IMG/VR virus record: IMGVR_UViG_3300020231_000007
DNA: 42,072 bases
Strand: one strand, 5' to 3'
DNA from: a virus
Positions 8,001 through 16,652 of the stretch are shown one piece after another (within the stretch, counting starts at the first letter, position 1; each line of letters begins with the position of its first letter). The translations under genes were made by a program, and so were the position numbers. The notes beneath the pieces are model-generated. The model was not told where the DNA came from, ran no database searches, and was given only the letters and a program-made list of their open reading frames with translations.

Positions 8001-10447
8001 TTACTCCCGACATACTATTAGCTTTTGGTATTGAGCTTGCCGCGATCGTTATTAACAAAGTAGCAACTGATCTAGCCGATCCGACTGAAGCAGCTATAGT
8101 GCAAATAGGCGGTGGTGGAGGCGGAAGCGGTGGTGGCGCTGGTTCTACTACCTACACTGGACTAACGGATACTTCATCTGTAGCGGGTACTACTGGCGCA
8201 GTAGTCTTGTGGGATAACCCTTCAGAGACTCTTCTAAACAGCGAGATAGTTTTCAACGGAACTGCTGATTTCTTCAGACTTCAAGATCTAACTTCGATCG
8301 TAACTGATTCGTTATATATCGGGGCAGACAACAATGCTCTCAACATTGCCAACGACAATAACTGTGTTCTCGGAAACGAGGCAGCGGACTCGATAACGAA
8401 TGTAGGGACTTTGACGGCTTCTGGTAATAGATCAGCAACCTCATTATCAACTGGCACGGGATTCACTGTCCTAGGCTATGAAGCTGCTCTAAACGTTGTT
8501 ACCGCAACTAATAGTGTTGCATTAGGTGTCGGTAGTTTTGGACTACCCAGCACGTTCAACACGTCCAATTCAGTTGGTGTTAATAATTTCAGCGCTATCA
8601 CTTCAGCCACTAATTGTGGAATATATGGAAATGCATTAGCGGGCCCAGCTGGCGCTATCACTGATTATCTTAATATCCATGGGATTATACAGGCTGAGTT
8701 AGTAGGGACTGGTACGGTAGTCATAGGTGGCGCTGTCAACACTAAACCTGCTGATACCCATTGGAGTTTACAGTTAGGATCGACTGATGGCGTGTTAGGT
8801 CTCAACTCATTGACGAACACACAAGAAGGAACCCTATCACCTAATTTTGTCGATGGGGATTTGTGGTACAACAATGAGATTGATGAATTTAAGTTTCGTC
8901 GAAATGGAGCAACTGAAGAACTATTGTCTATTAGTGGTAATGGTGTCACTGATTCTATCATGACGTGGGATGCCTCCGGCAACCTGCAAAATACTGATTT
9001 TAAATATACTGACGGTAATGGATTTACATTATTTGAAACTGGCGGATTAAATAACGAGTCTTTATATTTTGGTGTTAACAATAATCAAGGATTATCGACA
9101 GTTCCTAAGAATACAGCTTTTGGTCATCAAGCTTTGCAGTCTGTTACGGCTGCTAGTTCTCTGGTTACTGCGGTTGGTGGTAATGCTGCTGCGTCCTTAA
9201 CAGCTGGTTCAAGCGGGGTCTTTATTGGCGAGTTTGCTTTAAGAAACACCACAGATTCTAATCAATCTGTTGTTGTAGGTTCTACTATCTCATCAATGCC
9301 TGATCCGTTTGCTGACTCTATTTCAATCGGTTATCGGAACTTTTTTAGTGTAACTGATTCAACCAAAAATATTATCATAGGGCATAACATAGCGGGGCCC
9401 GTTGGGATTGTTTCAGATTATCTAAACATTCAGCAAACAATCCAAGCTGATACATCAAACGATTCGGTAACGATTGGCGATGCAATAAACGTAAAACCAA
9501 CTAATACACATAGATCATTAGCATTAGAGTCTAACACTCAAGTTCTTGGTCTTAACTCTCTAACGAATGCGCAAGAGTTAACAGCTAGCGCAAGCATTAC
9601 AGAAAGGGATATTTGGTATAACTCTGACCGGGATAAGTACAGAGTTAAAGAGGCGGGGATAATTAATGACTTGATTGCAGGTCTACCAACTAACTATATT
9701 CAATGGCAACGAGGGGTGACGTATCTATCAGGCACTACAATTAGATTACTTGCTAACACTACACCTATAATTTGTCGAGATGACACAGACATTTTTGATA
9801 TTATACTACCAGGAAATCAAACGGTTGATAGAACTAATATTGGAGTTAACGGTTTGGATGTTGGGCCAATCACTGGCGATACGATGTATGATTTTTATGT
9901 TATTGCAGATACAACGGGCGTGAAGGCAACGGGTTGCTTGATGGCGCAACGCGGCCTAGTCCCTGTTTTACCGACCGGTTACGATGTTAAAAGATTTCTA
10001 ATAGCACTTCCTACAAATGCTAGCAATAATTTCATACCGTTTGTGGCAACGTATATTGGTAATGCATATAATGTTACCTATAATGCAGCCGCTACTTCTC
10101 GGATTATTTTAGATGGTGGACAGGGGGTTACACCGACGGTAGTGAGCGCGGAATTCTCAACTGTTGGCGCTCCTATGATACCCACCGCCATTAACGTCAA
10201 GTTGCAAATGACAGCCGAATTTACAACGGCGGCGGCTGGCGACGAAGCATACCTATTGCGCGATGATTCAAACTTCTCTATTGGTACAAGTGGTAGTTTT
10301 ATTAAGCCGGGATTTGTAGGAACACAAGCAGTTGAGAAAATTATAAATATAACTAATGCCAATAATCCGACGTTTAAATATAATTTGAATAATTCTAGCG
10401 CTTCGTTAAATCTCTATTTTGATTCCTACGATTTTTCACTGAGGTAA
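5093..10447 (+). CDS. Giant modular tail fibre (1784 aa)
   Basis: TAATG overlap with the upstream gene. The N-terminus (MPRISDLNKVTEL..D.F......G....ITFADL) resembles phage fibre anchors. There are three poly-Gly linkers, two different internal tandem domain duplications, YadA-head-like N.[VA].G repeats, and a distinct C-terminal ~250-aa domain. Confidence 0.85.
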   Translation: MPRISDLNKVTELNDTDLFLIQLGNGPSRAITFADLQLEILMGGGGGGGNMTFVGSTPVTVGFFPVFQDTSGNNYESSVVSSNQIVTNAGDIATNTSLISSLQTQVALKQDKSPIDGINYVLLNGDIDALVIASTPGLQDALDLKIEGPATATDSAIVQYDGTTGKLAKDGPVFGSSTGDAILLEDVSGNPGLPAVDGSQLTNLLQEVPLSYSFNTSVSASDPGLGFVSLSSADPDLADTMFISTQDRRGADMSELIDQLDTNSKIFVANDSDSTFSVLYNVTGKPVLAGNFYTISIFFVGTSSPGQPSSNDSMSLTIDNSEALNRRINEEASSKIIPGSGGALSIDSPGVPPGESFSVTAGKARITNIDTTQTDVNFGPFNGVTITTTTDTALLFINSSGILVQKEAPSPNDMRTLALLGFATKDPTTGLLVLVGEFPPSVYQTYAHISDIGFLISGAADSTARIDDAEVADTSFQRFAGKGYSFLGNLTTDVNAPSEIDIPALSPTTFRTYLFDGVVENVIYSGLGTDTLIDPTVFDNLSGALVTMPGNNSQSQIIRVFWQPNALTGPEIRIIHGQELFANLAEAVNGLASYFPVIPSQVELSSIDLGGIVVRKGASDFTDTGHAVFFRRSQISGGGGGSVQQSMQDTYQNSLQPQITTAVGDGAIQFKDGQADDSLAIFEILDENDTVALKVTGAGVTTARGLDSVNTGVIFMSGPVTLDTVTTVDIPAIDGLIINGYDDYLNILTTEVKFPGQLGFTIPNLGTEQDTYLFIDSSSNLQTQNTSPTPAQRRTNVYFASTLNNTNTAEILAVLNAPVVAGNVAESFKDRENFQGILGDGGGVEQTFDTGTNGLLAMEVGQLDIYLANVNWHASKTNPNTTAFIAQDPVVFNYMLQDGSLSGGAVTLIEPGSYDVGGVKTTIPGNNARSTIQYIWKLIDGSHIVQFGQDFYTDFDDALNAVALDRQLRVTPDILLAFGIELAAIVINKVATDLADPTEAAIVQIGGGGGGSGGGAGSTTYTGLTDTSSVAGTTGAVVLWDNPSETLLNSEIVFNGTADFFRLQDLTSIVTDSLYIGADNNALNIANDNNCVLGNEAADSITNVGTLTASGNRSATSLSTGTGFTVLGYEAALNVVTATNSVALGVGSFGLPSTFNTSNSVGVNNFSAITSATNCGIYGNALAGPAGAITDYLNIHGIIQAELVGTGTVVIGGAVNTKPADTHWSLQLGSTDGVLGLNSLTNTQEGTLSPNFVDGDLWYNNEIDEFKFRRNGATEELLSISGNGVTDSIMTWDASGNLQNTDFKYTDGNGFTLFETGGLNNESLYFGVNNNQGLSTVPKNTAFGHQALQSVTAASSLVTAVGGNAAASLTAGSSGVFIGEFALRNTTDSNQSVVVGSTISSMPDPFADSISIGYRNFFSVTDSTKNIIIGHNIAGPVGIVSDYLNIQQTIQADTSNDSVTIGDAINVKPTNTHRSLALESNTQVLGLNSLTNAQELTASASITERDIWYNSDRDKYRVKEAGIINDLIAGLPTNYIQWQRGVTYLSGTTIRLLANTTPIICRDDTDIFDIILPGNQTVDRTNIGVNGLDVGPITGDTMYDFYVIADTTGVKATGCLMAQRGLVPVLPTGYDVKRFLIALPTNASNNFIPFVATYIGNAYNVTYNAAATSRIILDGGQGVTPTVVSAEFSTVGAPMIPTAINVKLQMTAEFTTAAAGDEAYLLRDDSNFSIGTSGSFIKPGFVGTQAVEKIINITNANNPTFKYNLNNSSASLNLYFDSYDFSLR

Positions 10448-10451
10448 TGAA

Positions 10452-11942
10452 ATGCCAGACTTTGATTTAGGCTTACAAGAGTTACCGAAGGGATTGAAAG
10501 GTCTGGATGATTTACCACGCCGTCAAGAAACCTTGGTTAATCTTTTCTTCAATGGTGAAGGGATTATTCGCAGGCATGGAATCAAGACTGCTGTTGACTC
10601 TTTAGATGCTGATATCGTTGGCGAAGGTATTTGTCGAGGTGCGGCAAAGTTCACGAATCCCAGCACACTACTTACAGAACTCTATCAAGTCAGTGGTACT
10701 GCATTTATCCGTATCGCATTGGATGGCACCAAGACTATTTTTCCTTTGGCTATCCCTGGAAACAATCGAGTCATATTTGCCAAGACTGTTGACTTCTTAG
10801 TATTCATAACAGTGGGCGGCTCAACTGCATTTTACTTCGACGGTACCACTCTAACGGCCAACACGACTGTTCCCCTTGGTGGCTATAGAGACATTGAAGT
10901 GGCGGAAAATAGATTCCTCTATGTTTTATTTAACGGCTCAGCGATTGAACTCTCAGACAATACAACGGGAGGCACAAACAATCCTGATGACATTGTTGAT
11001 GTGTTCAACGCTGAAGATCTGCCAGACTTGAACACCGGGATATTCAATAACAACGGTGACATTTTCATTGGAGGCACTGATTCATTTCAGCTGTTTCGAT
11101 TCAATCCTATCGAAGGGATATCAATACCATTTACAAAAGTGGATAGAGCTACTGACAATACGGGTTACGTTTCAGGCAAAGTGAGATACCAAGCAACCTT
11201 TGCCTTCCTTGGTCAGCCTGCGGGTGAATCCTACGGGTTTTTTGTCAAAGGCCAAGGCGCTTCCACAGAGATTTCAAACGATGCAGTGGCCAATATTTTA
11301 GCCCAGGAATATTCCCGCAACGAATTGGAAGCCTGTGTCGGTTATAGGGTAATCCAAGATAATAAAGAAATAATCTATTTCAACCTTGCTCGACATACTT
11401 TCGGCTTCCTTCAGGGCAATTGGTTTTTGGCACAAAGTGGCGTAGTGGCTCAAGAGTTAACGGCTAATTGGCGAGCAGCTTACCCCATTTTTATCTATGA
11501 CAGATATTTTGTGGGTGATCATCAGGACTCTCGGATTGGAACCTTGGATCCAGTTTTTAAAGAATACGATGGAACCGACATAACCGATAATTTGATTGAG
11601 TGGAAAATACGCACATTCGTTATCTATGGAATCAATGCTGAAGTTGAGCTTGAATCAATCGAACTTGATTGCCTTGTCGGCACTGGCCAGATTGATCTGA
11701 CTGTCCAGCCTGAAGAAATCATAGGAACCATTGGGCTTGTGCTCTCCCAAGACGGCGTTGTATTCGAACGTGATAACGAGATGACCAGATCGTTAGGTGC
11801 TGCTGGCAAGTACAGGCGAAGGGTGAATTTTACTGGAAGTGGTGGAATGGGAACCTATGAAATAATGACAGGCATCGAATTAAGAGGCACAGCGCCAGTG
11901 AATTTCTCCTTGTCTGCTTTGAAGCTGGGTAATTTCCAATGA
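10452..11942 (+). CDS. Tail hub / DNA-stabilisation protein, P22 gp10-like
   Basis: 496 aa versus 472 aa for gp10. Weak by-eye similarity to gp10 (the N-terminal MP....LP.G.K and the C-terminal RR.V.F.G....PV..S). It sits in the expected gene order, apart from the inserted fibre gene. Confidence 0.6.
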   Translation: MPDFDLGLQELPKGLKGLDDLPRRQETLVNLFFNGEGIIRRHGIKTAVDSLDADIVGEGICRGAAKFTNPSTLLTELYQVSGTAFIRIALDGTKTIFPLAIPGNNRVIFAKTVDFLVFITVGGSTAFYFDGTTLTANTTVPLGGYRDIEVAENRFLYVLFNGSAIELSDNTTGGTNNPDDIVDVFNAEDLPDLNTGIFNNNGDIFIGGTDSFQLFRFNPIEGISIPFTKVDRATDNTGYVSGKVRYQATFAFLGQPAGESYGFFVKGQGASTEISNDAVANILAQEYSRNELEACVGYRVIQDNKEIIYFNLARHTFGFLQGNWFLAQSGVVAQELTANWRAAYPIFIYDRYFVGDHQDSRIGTLDPVFKEYDGTDITDNLIEWKIRTFVIYGINAEVELESIELDCLVGTGQIDLTVQPEEIIGTIGLVLSQDGVVFERDNEMTRSLGAAGKYRRRVNFTGSGGMGTYEIMTGIELRGTAPVNFSLSALKLGNFQ

Positions 11943-12238
11943 CCATTACAAATGATATCAGATACGGTGATAATATAGCCGATGAGAAAGGAATAGCGTC
12001 AGAACCTTTTCGAGCGATGCTTGACGAAATAGTACAGCAAATAAACGCCCTTACTCCGCAGCTATTACCATTGACCACATCAGCCAATCTAGTTGACATC
12101 ACTGATCCGATTAACACAACAGCAAAGTTTTTCTACAAAATGAACTCAGACACAGGCAGGCCGGTCTTCCCAAGAGGACCAGCTGCAGCTGACCTCTGGA
12201 CAGAAGCCGATGGCATCACCACTTTTACACCAGTTTAG
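11939..12238 (+). CDS. Hypothetical virion protein (99 aa), in the position of the P22 needle gene
   Basis: ATGA overlap with the upstream gene. No similarity to gp26 noticed. Confidence 0.6.
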   Translation: MTITNDIRYGDNIADEKGIASEPFRAMLDEIVQQINALTPQLLPLTTSANLVDITDPINTTAKFFYKMNSDTGRPVFPRGPAAADLWTEADGITTFTPV

Positions 12239-12250
12239 GAGCAAAGAATC

Positions 12251-13210
12251 ATGGGACTAGGCTTAACGAATCCATTCTCAAGTAGCAGAGGAAGAAGGGC
12301 AGCTCGCAGGGCGGAAACCGCAAAATTGGCAGCTGCTGATGAAGCCATTGGCACTTTTCAGCAGGGTGACATCAAACGCTTTGAACAGCTCTCACCCCTT
12401 AGAGACGTTGGAACCGAACAGTTTGAAACTGGCAGGCAGTTGACCAGTGCTGGCGTTGACTTCCAATCTCGTGCCCCTGGTTTGTTTGACGAAGCCCAAG
12501 GCCAGTTTGGATTTGGCGGTGAACAGCAAGCGTTTGGCTCACAGTTGCAATCCCAGCTCCCAGCACTTTTACAGCAAATTCAACAGGGTTCTACAGCCGG
12601 CGGTTTTGCTTCAAACATTGAGGGGCTTAGGAGTGCCTTTGCTCCATTGATTGCACGTAGGCAGGCGGAGAGTGCTACCCAGCTTCAAAAATTGGGTCTT
12701 GGAAGATCATCCGATGTAATCAACAGAGCCGCTGATATCGACCTAGAAACTTTGATAGGGCTAGAGTCTGACTTATTTGGTAGGACTACGGATCTAACAA
12801 AACTGCAAGGTGATATCGCTGGCCAAGCTTTCGACTTTGGAGGGAACGCGTTTTCAACTGGCGGTGATCTTATTGGCCGTGGAACAAATATTTTTGGCGC
12901 AGGTACTGATGCGATTACAGGTGGATCAAATATTCGGACACAAGGTGCTGAGAGCTTTTTTACAGGCACACCACAAGATAGCACTTTTGATATCGCAGGC
13001 CTACAAGCACAAAAAGGCGGCATAAGAGCTGATAGCATACTTGCTCAGAATCAGGCAAGGAGTGGCGCTCTTGGTAATATTGTGAACGCTGCCACTGCAT
13101 TCGCAACAGGTGGTCTCAGCTTGCCATTCACTGGCGGCTTTGGTGGCGGTGGCGGTGGTAATGTAGGCGCTCCAATTTCTCTCAATGAAGAAATAAGCAG
13201 AACAGCGTAA
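12251..13210 (+). CDS. Internal virion / ejection-type protein (319 aa, G/Q/A-rich)
   Basis: Gly-rich tail GGLSLPFTGGFGGGGGGNVG. The position corresponds to the P22 gp14/gp7 region. Confidence 0.55.
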   Translation: MGLGLTNPFSSSRGRRAARRAETAKLAAADEAIGTFQQGDIKRFEQLSPLRDVGTEQFETGRQLTSAGVDFQSRAPGLFDEAQGQFGFGGEQQAFGSQLQSQLPALLQQIQQGSTAGGFASNIEGLRSAFAPLIARRQAESATQLQKLGLGRSSDVINRAADIDLETLIGLESDLFGRTTDLTKLQGDIAGQAFDFGGNAFSTGGDLIGRGTNIFGAGTDAITGGSNIRTQGAESFFTGTPQDSTFDIAGLQAQKGGIRADSILAQNQARSGALGNIVNAATAFATGGLSLPFTGGFGGGGGGNVGAPISLNEEISRTA

Positions 13211-13226
13211 TTTTAAGGAGATTCAA

Positions 13227-14552
13227 ATGGCGACTGTCCAAGTTGGCGGACCAAGCATACTCGGAAACATAGGCGGTGGTATCGATTTTACCCCCCTAGG
13301 TGAGGCGTTTAGACAAAACAGACTCGACAAACAAGACCTTGGCTTTGCTCAATCAAAACAAGATATTCTCCAGGCTGCTGAAGGTCGGGCAGTTGAGCAA
13401 GAAGCTCGAAAGGTTCAAGAGTTTCAACGACAACAAAAACAATTTGCTACTCAATTGCAGGATGAGCAGGACAAAAGAGAAGTCTTGCAAGAACTTCGAT
13501 CTGATATTGAAGAGCAAACTTATGTTGCGCCGATCCTTGCTGCTGTTAAGAGTACTGATAGCATTGAGAAAGTTAGAAGCGTGATGCAAGCGCAAATAAC
13601 TAGAGCCAATAATGATAAAAAACCTGAGATTGCCAAGCAGATATTTGAACTTATGAATGGCACTGAAGAACAAATCAGATCTAACATCAATGCTATTCCC
13701 GGTGAACGAAAAGCTCTGCGTGAAGAGGCTGCGATCCTTGGTATAAATGTTCCTGGTTTGACTGGTCGAACAGCTGAAGAAAAAACTTTCAATGCTTTAA
13801 TTAAAGATCTTTCGCCCGAAGATCAGAAAAAAGCTAAGCTTGTAAAAGCAGGTCTACGACCAAAAGCACTAACGGATCAAATAGTCGATGTTGGTGGAGT
13901 TCCTCATAGCTTCAATAGAAATACAGGACAATTGGAGCCAGTAAAGATTAAAGGGAAAGAAGTAACAACCCAGACAGTGGCAGATAGCAAAGCCAAAATA
14001 AAAGCCGATGTAAAACTGGCTGAGAAAAAAGCTATTGCTGAAGGTGAAACATTCACGGCAACGGCTAAGGCAAGGGCGGCTTTACCTGGAATAGAAGAGG
14101 TAGTTGGAAAGCTGAGAGTATTGGCTGATCAAGCTACCTTCACACTGAGCGGCAAAGCTTTCAACGAAGTAGCCAAACAATTTGGATTCGCAACCAAGGG
14201 CGATACTGCCAGGGCCTCAATGATTGCTCTGATAGATAATCAGGTTCTACCTTTGCTCAAACCAATTTTCGGGGCTGCATTTACCGAGAGAGAAGGAGAA
14301 AGCCTGAAGAAATCAATGGCTGATCCTAATTCAACTCCAGAATCAAGACAGGCGCAGCTCGATGCCTTCCTTGGCCAAATGCGGCGCAACATTGAAACGA
14401 GCGAAAGAGAACTTGATATTCTTGGCGCTGATCAACCAGGCGCTCAAGCCCAACCAGAAGCACAGCAAGAAACAGGTATCACAGCCGAGCAATTTAGATC
14501 TATGACACCAGAACAAAGAGCGGCAGCCCTTCAACAATTACAGGTAAGATAA
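13227..14552 (+). CDS. Internal virion / ejection-type protein (441 aa, coiled coil)
   Basis: AAGGAG RBS. Size and order resemble P22 gp20. No enzymatic motif seen. Confidence 0.55.
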   Translation: MATVQVGGPSILGNIGGGIDFTPLGEAFRQNRLDKQDLGFAQSKQDILQAAEGRAVEQEARKVQEFQRQQKQFATQLQDEQDKREVLQELRSDIEEQTYVAPILAAVKSTDSIEKVRSVMQAQITRANNDKKPEIAKQIFELMNGTEEQIRSNINAIPGERKALREEAAILGINVPGLTGRTAEEKTFNALIKDLSPEDQKKAKLVKAGLRPKALTDQIVDVGGVPHSFNRNTGQLEPVKIKGKEVTTQTVADSKAKIKADVKLAEKKAIAEGETFTATAKARAALPGIEEVVGKLRVLADQATFTLSGKAFNEVAKQFGFATKGDTARASMIALIDNQVLPLLKPIFGAAFTEREGESLKKSMADPNSTPESRQAQLDAFLGQMRRNIETSERELDILGADQPGAQAQPEAQQETGITAEQFRSMTPEQRAAALQQLQVR

Positions 14553-16651
14553 TGGCAACCTTACAAGAACTGTTAGCAATACAAAATGAATTGGATGCTC
14601 CTCAACAAGCGGCCTCTCTTGATGAGTTGTTGGCTATTCAGCAGGAATTGGATCAGCAAGAAGCGGATAGGGCAGACTTGCCAGGTGCGCCAGTGGATCC
14701 ATCACAAGCTCAACGAGTGCCGCAAGAACCCGGCTTCCTAGAGCAGGGTGTCAGCTTAGCGGGTGAAGTCGCGGCTGGTGCTAACAGGGCAATCCTCGGC
14801 TTAGGTGACATTGCTTTGAGTCCTGTTAACGTTGCACTGCAATTGGCTGGACAAGACAGAATACCGCCTCTGACTGGGATAGCCGGTCAACCTGGCGACA
14901 TTGCCGGGGAAGGTCTGCCGGCAGAGATAGCTAGCGCTGTTGGTGAACTCGGCACAGCCGGTTTAGGTGCTGGTGGTGCATTACGTGCAGGTGCTGCATT
15001 ATTACCAGAAACCATAGCCGGCAAAGGCGCAGTTAGTCAGGCACTCAGCAGAGTTGGCTTTGATTTACCAAAACAACAAGCATCACTAGCTGTCTCCAAG
15101 CAATTAGCAGCTTCAACCCCTGCCCTTGACGTGGCAGCTGGCGCGGGTGCTGGCGCTGGCCAAGAAATAGGGGAAGATATCGGCGGCGAAGTTGGTCAAA
15201 TTGTTGGAGCGTTGGCGGGTGGTTTGGCGGGTGCTGGCGTGGTCCAGGGTGCTCCGGCATTAGCTAGAACACTGGTCAATAAATTTGGCAAGAACATTGA
15301 CCTAATCGATGTTCAATCAGGCTTACCCACTCCCGAACTTCAAAAAGCTTTGGCAAAAAGAGACATGGATTTCGGGTCCATTATTAATGAAGCTGATTCT
15401 CTGCCAAGACTCTCCGGAAAAATGACTCCCGATGAAGTGGTTGACCAGATTGTTAAACGCAAATTAAAAACAGGTGCAACTGATAACGCACTGGCTACCA
15501 TCAAACTAGATCAAGGCCGAATAGTTGCTGATGAGCTTGGTGAAGAGGCTGTTAAGCAAGGCTTTAAAGCTGGCGATGTGGCCGGCGTCAAAGGTGCTAA
15601 TGCCCAAACAAAAAGAGAGATGGGAAGAATCCTAAACATGACTCGCGCAATATTGGCGGACTCTTCTAAGGTAAAAGACTTTCGACCAACTGACGTTGTT
15701 GGTGAAATAGTAATGTCAAGGTTTACAGGTATTAGAGATAGAGCTAATACGCTAAGAGACCAACTTAATGCAATGACCAAGAGAGACAGGATAGAGGACC
15801 CTACAAAAATAGAAGGTCCTGAATCCATTAGGAGTATTAAAGGTCTAAAGATTGATACCGATCCTGTGTCAGATAATTTCTCAAAAGAATTAGACGATCT
15901 TTTAATAACTTCTGAAGGTTCACCGCCTAAGCTTGATTTTACTAATTCTTTAATCTCAGAAGATCCAACATCCCAAAGAGTTATAGAAAGCACTTTACGA
16001 CTACTGAAAAAAGGTGAAGCTTCTGGTTCGGTTGATGCTGTTCAGGCGCATAACCTTAAAAAACAATTAGACAACATGCTGGACTTCAATAAGAAATCAG
16101 CTCCCGGCCTAACTGATGCCGGTAAGAAGTTCGCCAAGAGCATTAGAAGATCTTTGAATGAATCAATCAGAGATGTATCCCCACAGTATGCCAAGGTCAA
16201 TGACGAACTTAGTTTAGCTATTACAACTATGGACGACTTTCAAAAAGTACTAGGGACCTCTAAAGATCTTTTTGCCCCTGGCGCTAGTAAAGCAGTAGGG
16301 GATGAATTGAGAAGCTTGCTAAGTAATATCAAAAAAAGGACTAAGCTTGAAAACTCTCTAGATAACATTGATAGTACCTTCCGACAAATGGGCGGCAATA
16401 CTGATGTTGATGTTAAAGACTTGGTTAAGTTTGCAAATATCATGGATGACCAGTTCGGTGCTATAGCGGATACTTCTTTTAAAGGTCAGATTGCATCAGG
16501 TATAAAACAAGCTGGCAGAGGTGTTGATACTCCCAAGCAAGCTGTCAAAGAGTTTATATTTGAAAAAGGCGCTGAGTTAGTAGAGAAAGTAATAGGTGCC
16601 AATGATACTGGTGCATTAAATGCGATGCAAAGAATTCTAAGGAGAAATTGA
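14552..16651 (+). CDS. Internal virion / ejection-type protein (699 aa) with glycine-zipper-like A/G segments
   Basis: TAATG overlap. The N-terminal motif L[QD]ELLAIQ[NQ]ELD is duplicated. The A/G-rich hydrophobic region AGAGAGAGQ..GALAGGLAGAGVV is typical of membrane-inserting ejection proteins. Size and order resemble P22 gp16. Confidence 0.55.
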   Translation: MATLQELLAIQNELDAPQQAASLDELLAIQQELDQQEADRADLPGAPVDPSQAQRVPQEPGFLEQGVSLAGEVAAGANRAILGLGDIALSPVNVALQLAGQDRIPPLTGIAGQPGDIAGEGLPAEIASAVGELGTAGLGAGGALRAGAALLPETIAGKGAVSQALSRVGFDLPKQQASLAVSKQLAASTPALDVAAGAGAGAGQEIGEDIGGEVGQIVGALAGGLAGAGVVQGAPALARTLVNKFGKNIDLIDVQSGLPTPELQKALAKRDMDFGSIINEADSLPRLSGKMTPDEVVDQIVKRKLKTGATDNALATIKLDQGRIVADELGEEAVKQGFKAGDVAGVKGANAQTKREMGRILNMTRAILADSSKVKDFRPTDVVGEIVMSRFTGIRDRANTLRDQLNAMTKRDRIEDPTKIEGPESIRSIKGLKIDTDPVSDNFSKELDDLLITSEGSPPKLDFTNSLISEDPTSQRVIESTLRLLKKGEASGSVDAVQAHNLKKQLDNMLDFNKKSAPGLTDAGKKFAKSIRRSLNESIRDVSPQYAKVNDELSLAITTMDDFQKVLGTSKDLFAPGASKAVGDELRSLLSNIKKRTKLENSLDNIDSTFRQMGGNTDVDVKDLVKFANIMDDQFGAIADTSFKGQIASGIKQAGRGVDTPKQAVKEFIFEKGAELVEKVIGANDTGALNAMQRILRRN

Positions 16652-16652
16652 G

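Noticed and set aside
5219-8146. GGTGGC-type repeats (poly-Gly codons) as microsatellites or CRISPR-like repeats, and the fibre's internal repeats as a DGR template/variable-region pair
   Set aside because: The repeats are in frame and encode Gly linkers. The domain duplications are diverged throughout rather than at adenine-specific positions. No reverse transcriptase is encoded in the genome.
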